Source: Octopus sinensis
Lineage: Eukaryota
Length of the DNA stretch: 64,000 bases
Assembly (NCBI RefSeq): GCF_006345805.1
Contig: NC_043021.1
Span: 17,298,001-17,362,000, forward strand
Reading direction: 5' to 3'
In this document: positions 53,254 through 64,000 of the stretch, piece after piece
Layout of the letters: each line of letters starts with the position of its first letter
Position numbering within the stretch: position 1 is the first letter of the stretch
Notes under the pieces: model-generated
The model's input: the letters and a program-made list of their open reading frames with translations, nothing else
The model's database searches: none
What the model was told of the DNA's origin: nothing
Translations under genes and position numbers: made by a program

Positions 53254-53391
53254 AATCCAGTGGATTCTAGAAATTTTATCACGTTAAGATTCAACGGGGA
53301 ATACAATTTATCGAATGAAATCATCCATTTCCTTAGTCTGTGTCTTATGTTAGACTACAAACAGAGACCTTCAACAACGGAATTGCTAAAG
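53254..53391 (+). CDS. PAK/STE20-like kinase exon, subdomains X-XI (NPVDSRNFITLRFNGEYNLSNEIIHFLSLCLMLDYKQRPSTTELLK)
   Basis: Acceptor ctactacttttcAG, donor GTAATG, 138 nt (46 codons); FL..CL..D...R.S..ELL motif. Confidence 0.9.
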
Positions 53392-53409
53392 GTAATGAAA
53401 AAGTTTCTA

Positions 53410-53788
53410 TATTATCGCCATCATCATCATCATCATTATTATTATTATTATTATTATTATCATCCTCATCATCATCATTATTATGATTATTATTATTATT
53501 ACTATTATTATTATTATTATTATTATGATTATCATTATCATCATCACCATTATCATTATCATCATCCTCATTATTATTATTATTATTATTATCATTATTA
53601 TTATTATTATTATTATGATTATCATTATCATCATCACCATTATCATCCTCATTATCATTATTATTATTATGATTATCATCATCACCATTATCATTATCAT
53701 CATCCTCATCCTCATTATCATTATTATTATTATTATGATTATCATTATCATTATTATCATCACCATCATTATTATTATTATTATTATT
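53410..53788. repeat. (TAT/CAT)n compound microsatellite at the start of a kinase intron
   Basis: Begins ~20 nt after the 53391 donor. Confidence 0.95.
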
Positions 53789-54462
53789 GAGGAAACGTGC
53801 TGTTAGATTCGTTATCACGCCGGACAGAATACTAAGCGGCATTTCGTCTAGACATCACGAGTTCAAATGCCACCGAGGTCGGCTTTGCTCTCCATCCTTT
53901 CGGGGGTCGATGTGATCCCTTCCACACAAATTTGAGGCATGTGCCTTCAGTAGAAAGGATAAAAGCGGCAAGCTGGCAGAATTGTTAGCATGCCGGGCAA
54001 AATGCTTGACGGCATTTCGTCTGCCGTTACGTTCTGAGTTCAAATTCCGCCATGGTCGACTTTGCCTTTCAACCTTTCGGGGTCGATAAATTAAGTACCA
54101 GCTGCAAACTGGGGCCGATCTGATTGACTGTCCTCCTCCCCCAAAATTTCAGGTCTTGTGTCCAGAGTAGAAAGGTTTATTATTATTATTTGTTATATTA
54201 TTTGATTGTTACACTGTTTTTACACGATTTTTTTCACAAACGGACAAAACCCTTTGTAACCTTTCGTCCTGTTTTGTCCCTTTATGTTTTCTAATCATGT
54301 GTGTCAGCCCTTGTGGCCAATAAAAAGAATTAATTATTATAATTATTATTATTATTAGTGGTAGTAGTAGTAGTAGGTAGAGGAGGAGGAGGAGGGGGAG
54401 AAGGAGTGTACATATATGTACATATATGTATATATGTACGCATATGTTTTATTTATTAATAT

Positions 54463-54534
<72 letters not shown>

Positions 54535-54536
<2 letters not shown>

Positions 54537-54870
54537 AAGGCGCATGGCTCAGTGGTTAGAGCGTCGAGCTTACGATCGTGAGGTTGTGAGCTCGAATCCC
54601 GGACCGGGCTGCGTGTTGTGTTCTTGAGCAAGGCACTTTATTTCACGTTGCTCCAGTTCACTCAGCTGTAGAAATGAGTTGCGACGTCACTGGTGCCAAG
54701 CCGTATCGACCTTTGTCTTTCCCTGGATAACACTGGTGGCGTGGAGAGAGAAGGCTGGTATGCATGGGCGACTGCTGGTCTTCCATAAACAACCTTGCCC
54801 GGACTTGTGTCTAGGAGGGTAACTTTCTAGGTGCAATCCCATGGTCATTCATGACCGAAGGGGGTCTTTT
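54535..54870 (+). mobile_element. SINE family C, tRNA-derived (ACG anticodon-like loop)
   Basis: A box TGGCTCAGTGG and B box G(C)TCGAATC; copies at 17310-17625, 28201-29110 (split by the MITE) and 3420-3600 (minus). Confidence 0.85.
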
Positions 54871-54871
54871 A

Positions 54872-54919
<48 letters not shown>

Positions 54920-55091
54920 AAATGTATACAGGTCGAAACAAATTGGAAGACTCATTAGATTTTAAATTTAGGTATGTAGTCAGGGAGAAGGTAAACGTAA
55001 TCGCCCATATCTGTTGCCACCCACCCTTAAGACCCTTAAATAAATAAATTATTTATTTACTCATTTTTTGCTCTCTTTTTTACCTTTTCAG

Positions 55092-55160
55092 GATAAATTT
55101 ATTTCTAGTTTCAACCGATTCCGTTCGTTGCAATACGTAGAGTACCTCATCGTAAGACTG
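55092..55160 (+). CDS. Kinase C-terminal tail exon (DKFISSFNRFRSLQYVEYLIVRL)
   Basis: Acceptor ctctttttaccttttcAG, donor GTGAGT, phase 0 to 0, open frame. An alternative in-frame donor GTAAGA starts at 55152. Confidence 0.75.
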
Positions 55161-55866
55161 GTGAGTAAAAGTGAGTACCAGAAAGATTTACATTCGTCAG
55201 ATGAAGCTTAGCAACAACACTTACACACGCACATCCACACACACACACACACACACACACTTGGTGTGGAGGCGCAATGGCCCAGTGGTTATGGCAGCGG
55301 ACTCATGGTCATAGGATCACAGTTTCGATTCGCAGACCGGGCGTTGTGAGTGTTTATTGAGCAAAAACACCCAAAGCTCCATGAGGCTCCGGCACAGGGG
55401 GTGTTGGCAAACCCTGCTGTACTCTTTCACCACAACTTTCTCTCACTCTTTCTTTTTGTTTCTGTTGTACCTGTATTTCAAAGGGGCCAGCCTTGTCGCA
55501 CTCTGTGTCACACTGAATCTCCCCAAGAACTATGCTAAGGGTACACGTGTCTGTGGAGTGCTCAGCCACTTGCACGTTAAATATCACGAGCAGGCTGTTC
55601 CATTAATCGGATCAACTGGGACCGTCATCGTCGAAAACGACGGAGTGCCACAACAATAATCTTTACTCTTTTACTTGTTTCAGTCATTTGACTGTGGCCA
55701 TGCTGGAGCACCGCCTTTAGTCAAGCACATCAACCCCAAGACTTATTCTTTGTGAGCCTAGTACTTATTCTATCGGTCAATTTTGCCGAACCGCTAAGTT
55801 ACAGGGACGTAAACACACCAGCATCGGTTTTCAAGTGATGTTGGAGGGACAAACACAGACACACAA

Positions 55867-55913
<47 letters not shown>

Positions 55914-55914
55914 C

Positions 55915-56460
55915 ATCACTTAACATCCGCTTTCCATGCTAGCATGGGTTGGACGATTTGACTGAGGTCTGGCGAACCAGACTCCAGTCTGATCTGGCAG
56001 TTTCTACAGCTGGATGCCCTTCCTAATGCCAACCACTCCGAGAGTGTAGTGGGTGCTTTTACATGCCACCGGCACAAGGGCCAGTTTGGTGGTACTGGCA
56101 ACAGCCACGTCCAAATGGTACTTTTTATGTGCCACCTGCACAGGAGCCAGTCCAGCGGCACTGGCGACGACCTCGCTTGAATATTTCACGTGCCACCAGC
56201 ACAAGTACTAGTAAGGCAACACGGTAACGATCACGCTCGAATGGTGTGCTTAACGTGCCATCAGCACGAAGGCCAGCTTGTTGCTCTGGTAACGAACTCA
56301 CTCGTACGGTACTCTTAGTGCTCCACTAGCAACGGATGCCAGTCACCGAATTTGATTTCGACTTCGATTTCACTTGCCTCAACTGGTCTTCACAAGCAGA
56401 GTTTAGTGTCCAATGAAGAAAAGGCACGCATAAGTGGACTGGTTACCCACTAGCATAGGC
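55915..56460 (-). mobile_element. RTE-tailed non-autonomous repeat with internal gtgccac..gcac subrepeats (second copy 58910-59245)
   Basis: ggcatccagc.gtagaaac..ggacg.taa..gatgatg 3' end on the minus strand. Confidence 0.7.
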
Positions 56461-56769
56461 CACAAGGTTATGGTCACACTTGCACTTGCCATATACATAT
56501 ATATACGACAGGCTTCTTTCAGTTTCTGTCTACCAAATCCACTCACAAGGCTTTGGTTAGCCCGAAGCTATAGCAGAAGACACTTGCCCAGACACTCTGA
56601 TAGTAAATTTCATAGTAGTGAAATCACAAATGAAAACAATTAACTCAATAGATTTTTTTAAAGAAAATTTTATTATAATTAATGAATTAATTTTTTTTTT
56701 TTTAATATTATTTTCATTTTTATTTCAAATATTTTGTTACACTTTTTTTTTTTTTTTTTCCTTCTGCAG

Positions 56770-56778
56770 TTTGGATAA
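56770..56778 (+). CDS. Probable terminal coding exon of the kinase (FG-stop)
   Basis: Very strong acceptor (long T-run then ccttctgcAG); phase 0 gives TTT GGA TAA and a tail length similar to PAK. Other downstream acceptors (57945, 58411) are not excluded. Confidence 0.45.
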   Translation, partial: FG

Positions 56779-57095
56779 TGTTAAAATATTCAATATCACG
56801 TCTGCTATCAAATATTGATTTGCTGTATAATCACAAGGTCATAACATTTGCTTCAGATCGGATATAATCAATTGCATCCACCTCAGTATATAACTGGTAC
56901 ATATATATTTTTTTCTTCTTCTTCTTTAACGATCTTCAGAGACAAACATTGACCAGCAACAGAATTTGGATTTAGTAATTACGTCAGTCCTCGTTTATTG
57001 CTGATTCACTAATCACTAATCTGGGATAACATAGTCCACTCAGTTAAGAACCATGTTGTGCTTATCATGGATTATCATGGATTATCACAAATTGA

Positions 57096-57668
57096 TTTGT
57101 GATAACATGGTTCGGTGATCAGCCAAAAAGTCTGCTTATACCACAAAAACCCACCCCAGCAAGCACCCATGATATTCAGCTACCCAGAATACACTGTCTG
57201 TCACTCGGGTTTGTGATAACATGGTTCGGTGATCAGCCAAAGAGTCTGCTTATACCACAAAAACCCACCCCAGCAAGCACCCATGATATTCAGCTGCCCA
57301 GAATACACTGTCTGTCACTCGGGTTTGTGATAACATGGTTCGGTGATCAGCCAAAGAGTCTGCTTATACCACAAAAACCCACCCCAGCAAGCACCCATGA
57401 TGTTCAGCTGCCCAGAATACACTGTCTGTCACTCGGGTTTGTGATAACATGGTTCGGTGATCAGCCAAAGAGTCTGCTTATACCACAAAAACCCACCCCA
57501 GCAAGCACCCATGATATTCAGCTGCCCAGAATACACTGTCTGTCACTCGGGTTTGTGATAACATGGTTCGGTGATCAGCCAAAGAGTCTGCTTATACCAC
57601 AAAAACCCACCCCAGCAAGCACCCATGATGTTCAGCTACCCAGAATACACTGTCTGTCGCTTGGGTTT
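57096..57668 (+). repeat. 114-bp tandem repeat, 5 near-identical copies
   Basis: Copies start at 57096, 57210, 57324, 57438, 57552; only 5 variable sites seen. Confidence 0.95.
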
Positions 57669-59889
57669 ACATGTCTAAGCTGTGAGGCTGCATACTTTTT
57701 ATATACGGATTTACGTACTTGTGGCCATCAACATGGCACCAGTGAAGAGAGAAAAGTATGAAGATGCTTTTTCCTAACAAACGACAGACAAGGGTATTCT
57801 CTACAGGGAGAGGTAAATCAAGAAAACCCTTGACAGTAGAAGCTTCACAGCTATGGGCCACAAGTTTGGTGTCATAGAATCAACCCTTCGTTCTATTTAC
57901 AAACTGTATTGTGAGGGTTCATTTATCATCTTTCTTTTTTCAGAACCAGAGCCCTCTGTGATAAACAACAAAGGGATGTATATACAGCAAAACCTTCAGG
58001 ACTGTCACCTTAAAGCCTCAGCCAAAATCCGCTGCTCAAGTATTTAATATCAAATGAGGATTACAGATTTGAAAATAACTTTTTTTTTTTTTGAATTTAT
58101 ACAAAAACTAAAAATAAAAATATGGAAGTTATTAAATTCATTTTTTTTTTTACTGAGTATTTTGTCCATAAAAAAGAACCAACAGAAAAATGGAATTCCG
58201 TTTGAATTAAACTGGGAAAAAAACAAAAAAAAACTTAAATAATGAAATATTTTTAATTAAGTTTAAAGCTTTCAAGTTGGTGGTAGTGGTGATGGGAAGC
58301 AAAGAAGAGAAACAAGAAGTTCACCAAAGAAAACGATAACCGTCTTTGAGTTTGCGTTCTTTCCAAGAACATTAATTAGTGCATTGAATAAAGTTTTTCT
58401 TTCTGAACAGGAATCGAAACCAGAAAGCCAAGAATGTCACATCTAAATCTTTAAACATGGAAGAGTCATCATCAAGGGGAAGTAAATCAGTATGTTGTAA
58501 TGAAGGAGCTCAAGAATTCGAATGAAGGGCCCAGCATTTCATCCGTCTTTACATTCAGAGTTCAAATTCTACCAAGGTCAACTTCACCTTTCGTCCTTTC
58601 GGAATCGATAAATTAAGGACTAGTCAAGCACTTGAGTTGATGTAATCTACTAGACCCTTCCCTAAAAATTTCAGCCCTTGTTCCTATAGCAGAAATGAAT
58701 ATCATTATTGTTATTGCTGTTGTTGTTTGCGTATCGTTAGTGCTGCGTTTAGTCATCCAACACACCCTGTAAAGTGGTTGGCGTTAGGAAGGACTAAATT
58801 GGCAAATATTTTAAGGACCACTGAAAGGCCAATCTCAGCAGGAATCAAGCTCCCAATAGAGAAGTATGTAACTCAATAAGGAAACATATTTTACCCAAAG
58901 CTTTACCATCACCATCATCGTTTAGCGTCCGCTTTCCATGCTGGCATGGGTTGGACGGTTCAACTGGGGTCTGGGAAGCCAGAAGGCTGCATCAGGCTCC
59001 AGTCTGATCTGGCAATGTTTCTACGGCTGGATGCCCTTCCTAATGCCAACCACTCCGTGAGTGTAGTAGGTGGTTTTTACATGCCACTGGCACGGGTACC
59101 AGGGGAGGCTGGCAGTGGCCACGATTGGTTGGTGCTTTTTACGTGCCATCGGCACAGCTGCCAGACCGGGCTGGCAAACGGCCACGTTCGGATGGTGCTT
59201 TTTACGTGCCACCGGCACAGGGGCCAGGCAAGGCTGGCAATGGCCATTTTACCAATAATAATAATAACAACAATAATCCTTTTTACAATAGACACAAGGC
59301 CTGAAACTTTGGAGGAGGGAGAAAGTCGATCACATCGGCCCCCAGTATTTAACAGGTACTTATATTATTGATCCTGAAGGATGAAGAGTAAAGTTGACTT
59401 TGGCAGAATTTGAACTCAGGGAGGTAAAAACCTTGTATTGGACTAGAAAGAAGGCAGGGAAAAAAAAAAGATAATTGGCCTTAGCAGGATTTGATCTTGA
59501 GATATCACACACAACAGATTTTTTTTTTTACCTGGTACTCTACAAACCATCATCCACCTCATTGTGTTTCTCTTTGAAATAATACTGAAAGGATTAGTTA
59601 ATAAATATCAACCAGCCAGAATTGATATTCGATAAACTGGTGTGAGGATTTTGACTAGAACATCCACTGTTGGGGTATTTAGCATTTAAACCAGCCATAA
59701 CTGGCTTAAATACCTGTTTTATCTTCAAACCGACTAAATCTGGCCTCTCACACATATCCTACATTGTCACTCTGAAGATAAACAATCACATCACTGAAGT
59801 CTCAAAGCTACAAGATAATGCACGATTAATTCAAAATCATGTGAATAAATGAGATAACATTTGACAGGGTAAGCCAATGCTATGGGCTT

Positions 59890-60690
59890 AAGTAATTGAC
59901 AGTAAGAACATAGATGAAATCCTCTTCAAAGTTCAGAGAGTTTTGTAGAAGTAACTGAAAGTTTCTTCAGTGTTAGCAACCGAATGAGCAATGGAGGAGA
60001 CTATTTTGTGAGTGTAGTAGCCAGAGAAAGAACATGATAGAAAAGAAAAAGCTCAGAGAGCTGCTACCTCTGCAGGCAACAAAACAAACCTCTCACCAAA
60101 TGAAAGGTAGAGAGTATGATACTTCGGTAGTGGCAACATGAATACTGAATGCAGATGATGTGTAAAGCTGAAAAGAAATGAGGTAATTATACTTTGCTGG
60201 GTATATAATATTAATGTGTATGGATGACAGAGTACAAATAAGGTGAGAACAAGAAATGGACATAAGAGGAATCACATGTCATGGGAGAGAAGCCTCAGCT
60301 GGTAAGGACATGACGATATATAATTGGTTGGGTTAATTAGCAGTTAGGGTACTCACAAGTTCTCTCAAATGCTCGATGGGCCCCTTAGAAATAATACGAT
60401 ACATTTTGTTATCTAGGATACCAGATAAAAAGAGAAAAACTGCGAATAAAAAAAATCAGATGTAGTGGGATAGGAATGGACATGTGATGTGTATGGAAGA
60501 ATGTGATTGGCTAAAAGTGTCATGTGATACAAATGGAAGAACTTGTGGAGGGGGAAGACTATGGAAGACAAGGGAAGAAATGGTGAAGGGTAATCTCAGG
60601 ATGTTTGGACCTTAGAAGGGAGATGACAAAGCTCAGCAACAAGTGGTAAGGTTCTGCGGTAGGGAAAACCTGGCCAACCCACGTAAACGG
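59890..60690 (+). mobile_element. Old RTE LINE C-terminal remnant
   Basis: Decayed RELLPL..KGR.YD, GHVM.ME and GTCGGGR..KT.EE.VK motifs. Confidence 0.6.
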
Positions 60691-60808
60691 TGGAAAATGA
60701 ATGGGGACAAAAATAAAGATTATGGTGAACATAATGATATTTATAGAGGGAGGTCAGCAAATGGTTTTACATTTTACACACACTCACATGTATACATATG
60801 TACGCACG

Positions 60809-60852
<44 letters not shown>

Positions 60853-60943
60853 ATCCAAACATGAAAGCACAAAAAAACACAACGTGAGGACGTGGAACAA
60901 ATATAGTATTATTGGATACTCAGGAAAGAAGGAAAGAAGGAGG

Positions 60944-60978
60944 GTTTAACGTTTCGAGTGGAGCTCTTCGTCGGAAAC
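60944..60978 (-). ncRNA. Hammerhead-like motif, U4C variant core (second family copy at 52849-52881 plus)
   Basis: gttt-CCGACGA-a-gag-ctcca-ctc-GAAA-CGT-T-aaac. The 52.85-kb copy reads ttt-CCGACGA-a-gagc-tcc-gctc-GAAACGTC. Confidence 0.45.
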
Positions 60979-61809
60979 ATAGGAGAAGGAAATATCCAGA
61001 GAAGGGAAGACAGAGGGAAAAAAATCGCCAACGGTACACACCGGGTCACATTTTGAATATATATATATATATATGCATACAAAAGTATGTATGCATATAT
61101 AAACATATGTATGCAAATATATATATATATGAATGAATGAATGTATGCATTTGTGTATATGTGTGTGTGTGCGTGTGGTTTAGTGGTCAGGGCATTTGGT
61201 TGACAACCATAAGGCTGTGAGTTCAATACTCAGTAACACATTGTGTCTTTGAGTAAGATGCTTTATTTCATGTGTGTCCAGTGCACTCATTAAATTCAGC
61301 TGGTGTTTGGAACATAAATTGGCATTAAAAACAAGAAGGTTGTATCTTAGGACCAGAAACAGTCCTAGGCATGTTGGTATCAAAAGGGTGAACCCTTTAA
61401 TTACCATGTTTCTACTGAAAAACACTGTTTCAATTAATTTTTTAAAATTATAAAGAATTTAGTAAAATAACTTTATTAAGTGTTTGGAAGATAAATTAAT
61501 TAGAATTTTTGATGGAAGTTTTTAATTTACATCACTTGAAAAAGAAGTTTGTATCACAGAAGCAGGGATGGTCTAAAACAGTTTGATATCAAAAGGGACA
61601 AAGATTTGAATAAAAACCTTCCAGCATATTTGGAAGAATTTATAAAACCTGGTCATTTTCTGCAACCGTTCAAACGACAGAGGTTAACTGGTCATTGACC
61701 ATTTTAATACCAACACCTCTGACACTCAAGAGATTGAATCAGAGAACCAGGTGGGTCAGTATCAAAAGAGCTAAACACCTTTTCAACTCTGTACTATAAA
61801 ACTTAGATC

Positions 61810-62395
61810 GCTAGCCACTACACATTCTTTATTTTCTCTCTTTGTTCCTTTCTGTTGAAGAGCATAGGCTCGAAACATTAAAGCCTTTTCCATTTCCCGA
61901 GCGTTATACTAATACATCTGTTTGTTGTCTACACCACCTGTCTTCATCTTTTGTTTTTTTAAGAATTCTCCCAATATATATATATATATATGGTTCAAAT
62001 TTGACATGATAGGTTGCTAGCCACTACACATTCTTTATTTTCTCTCCTTGTTCCTTTCTGTTGAAGAGCGTAGGCTCGAAATGTTAAAGACTTTTTCCAC
62101 TTCCCGAGCGTTATACTAATACATCTGTTTGTTGTCTACACCACCTGTCTTAATCTTTTGTTTTTTTAAGAATTCTCCCTATATATATATATATATATAT
62201 GGTTCAAATTTGACATGATAGGTTGCTAGCCACTACACATTCTTTATTTTCTCTCCTTGTTCCTTTCTGTTGAAGGGCGTAGGTTCGAAACGTTAAAGAT
62301 TTTTTCCCTTCCTGAGCATTATACTAATACATCTGTTTGTTGTCTACACCACCTGTCTTTGTCTTTTGGATATTTTGTGAATTCCCCCCATATAT
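61810..62395 (+). repeat. Tandem array of three ~206-209-bp units, each with a hammerhead-like motif (A6U core)
   Basis: Units start at 61810, 62016 and 62225, separated by (TA)n. Motif cttt-CTGTTGA-a-gagc-gtag-gctc-GAAACGTT-aaag at 61848-61883, 62054-62089 and 62263-62298. Solo family copies at 45057-45090 (minus), 49052-49090 and ~31825 (3' part). Confidence 0.85.
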
Positions 62396-62760
62396 CTATA
62401 GTGTTGTGAATTCCTAGAGAGATGCAAGGTTGCAGGTTTGTTAAAGAGCATAAATGCCATGCTGTGGCATCGATGTCTTTGTCAAGGGACTCCATAACAA
62501 GAGAACAGCAGAGACATTTGAAGAGAAAGAGAAGGGAGATAACTGAGGTATGACAACCAGCCTTTGGTGAGTCCGGTTAATGTCTAAACGCGTCGAGATA
62601 GATTTCTTCTCAAAAAAAGAGAAAAAAGCAAAAAGAATTTCGAATATATATATACAGACACACACACATATATATACATGCACACACATATATATGCGTT
62701 ATATATATGTGTGTATGCATAAATAATATATATATATACGTATACACACACACACACACA

Positions 62761-62799
<39 letters not shown>

Positions 62800-62867
62800 A
62801 ACGTATATATATATATGTATATGTGTATGCATGAATATATGTGTATGTATATATGTGTATATGTATA

Positions 62868-62942
<75 letters not shown>

Positions 62943-63306
62943 TGTATATATATATATATATATATAATATATATATATATATAAATAGATCAGTGGCTGT
63001 GTGTCACTTTGAAATCAATGTATTTGAACCGTGAATCCAGCAAAGCCACCTAGCCAAGCAGCTACTCTGTGTTGGTCAAGGGCAATGACCCTGGAACTAG
63101 TCCACAAACGTTTTGTGATGAGCGGGGATGCTGAATTCCTGGTTTGAAAATATAAGGACACAGATAATGTGTTGTATACCCAGCTAGAAATTATGTTTCT
63201 TGAGGCTAATAAACAGTAACAACGACCCTTCCAGAACACCCATATTATGTGGGCAATCAAATTTTACATATGTATATATATATATATATGTGTAAGAATG
63301 TATGTA

Positions 63307-63337
<31 letters not shown>

Positions 63338-63730
63338 GTGTGTGTATGTAAGTATGTATGTACGTACGTAAGTATGTATGTAGGTATGTATGTGTGTATG
63401 TATGTACGTACGTATGTATGTATGTACGTATGTATGTATGTATGCATGTTTGTATGTATGTATATGTATGTATGTATATATGTATGTATACATGTACGTA
63501 TGTATATATGTATGCATGTATGTATTTATATATGTATGTATGTATGCTCTATTTTGTGTTTGTGCCTCTCACAGCTTGACAACCAGTGCTGGTTTGTTTA
63601 TGGCTCCATAACTTAGTGGTTCACCAAACAAAAGAAATTGATAAATAAAAAAAGGACCCAATGTATAATAAGTTGATGAGTTGATTTGATTTAACTAAAA
63701 ATAAAAAAAAATTTTTGATAGCACCCCAGC

Positions 63731-63764
<34 letters not shown>

Positions 63765-63804
63765 ATATATTCCATATGCATGTGACTATGTGTGTGTATG
63801 TATG

Positions 63805-63840
<36 letters not shown>

Positions 63841-64000
63841 TGCATTCATATATACATATAAATATATATATATATGTATATATACATATATATAAGATTA
63901 CATATACAAAAAAATACTATAAATAAAAAAATGATAAAATAAATAATAATAAAAAATATACTCATTATCTGAGGAATGACAGTTCTTACGTTTTCTTTCC

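Noticed and set aside
53392-53790. His/Tyr-rich extension of the kinase ORF, and the Asp/Asn-rich antisense ORF
   Set aside because: It lies after a good donor (GTAATG) and is an intronic (TAT/CAT)n microsatellite.
57096-57668. CRISPR-like array interpretation of this and other tandem repeats
   Set aside because: Units are wholly repeated with no unique spacers, the context is eukaryotic, and there are no cas genes.
89-63611. The many CV/YI/HT/LS-rich ORFs in the track
   Set aside because: They are translations of (TG)n, (TA)n, (CATA)n and (CTAT)n microsatellites with no splice or homology support.

Overview
This is AT-rich, microsatellite-dense animal genomic DNA. The SINE families and repeat landscape point to an octopus (inference). 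About 80-90% is mobile-element debris by visual estimate, and nearly all ORFs in the supplied track are microsatellite or repeat artefacts. Two spliced genes can be built by eye. (1) A plus-strand, divergent PAK/STE20-like Ser/Thr kinase C-lobe: exons 44438-44537, 47615-47711, 49653-49752, 53254-53391, 55092-55160 and probably 56770-56778. It is a non-RD kinase (HLDIKADN) and its N-lobe exons were not found. (2) A minus-strand gene start at 33830 encoding a type II membrane anchor. The most striking signal is a set of at least 15 type I hammerhead-ribozyme motifs in several unrelated, (TA)n-embedded, often palindromic elements, lying next to Penelope-like RT and GIY-YIG remnants. Different families carry three Watson-Crick states of the catalytic 3-8 pair (C3-G8 CUGANGA, U3-A8 UUGAAAA, G3-C8 GUGAACA) and palindromic stem III sequences. 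Several motifs lie sense-oriented in kinase introns, and three form a ~207-bp tandem, retrozyme-like array at 61.8-62.4 kb. All calls are from manual reading; no alignments, folding or searches were run.
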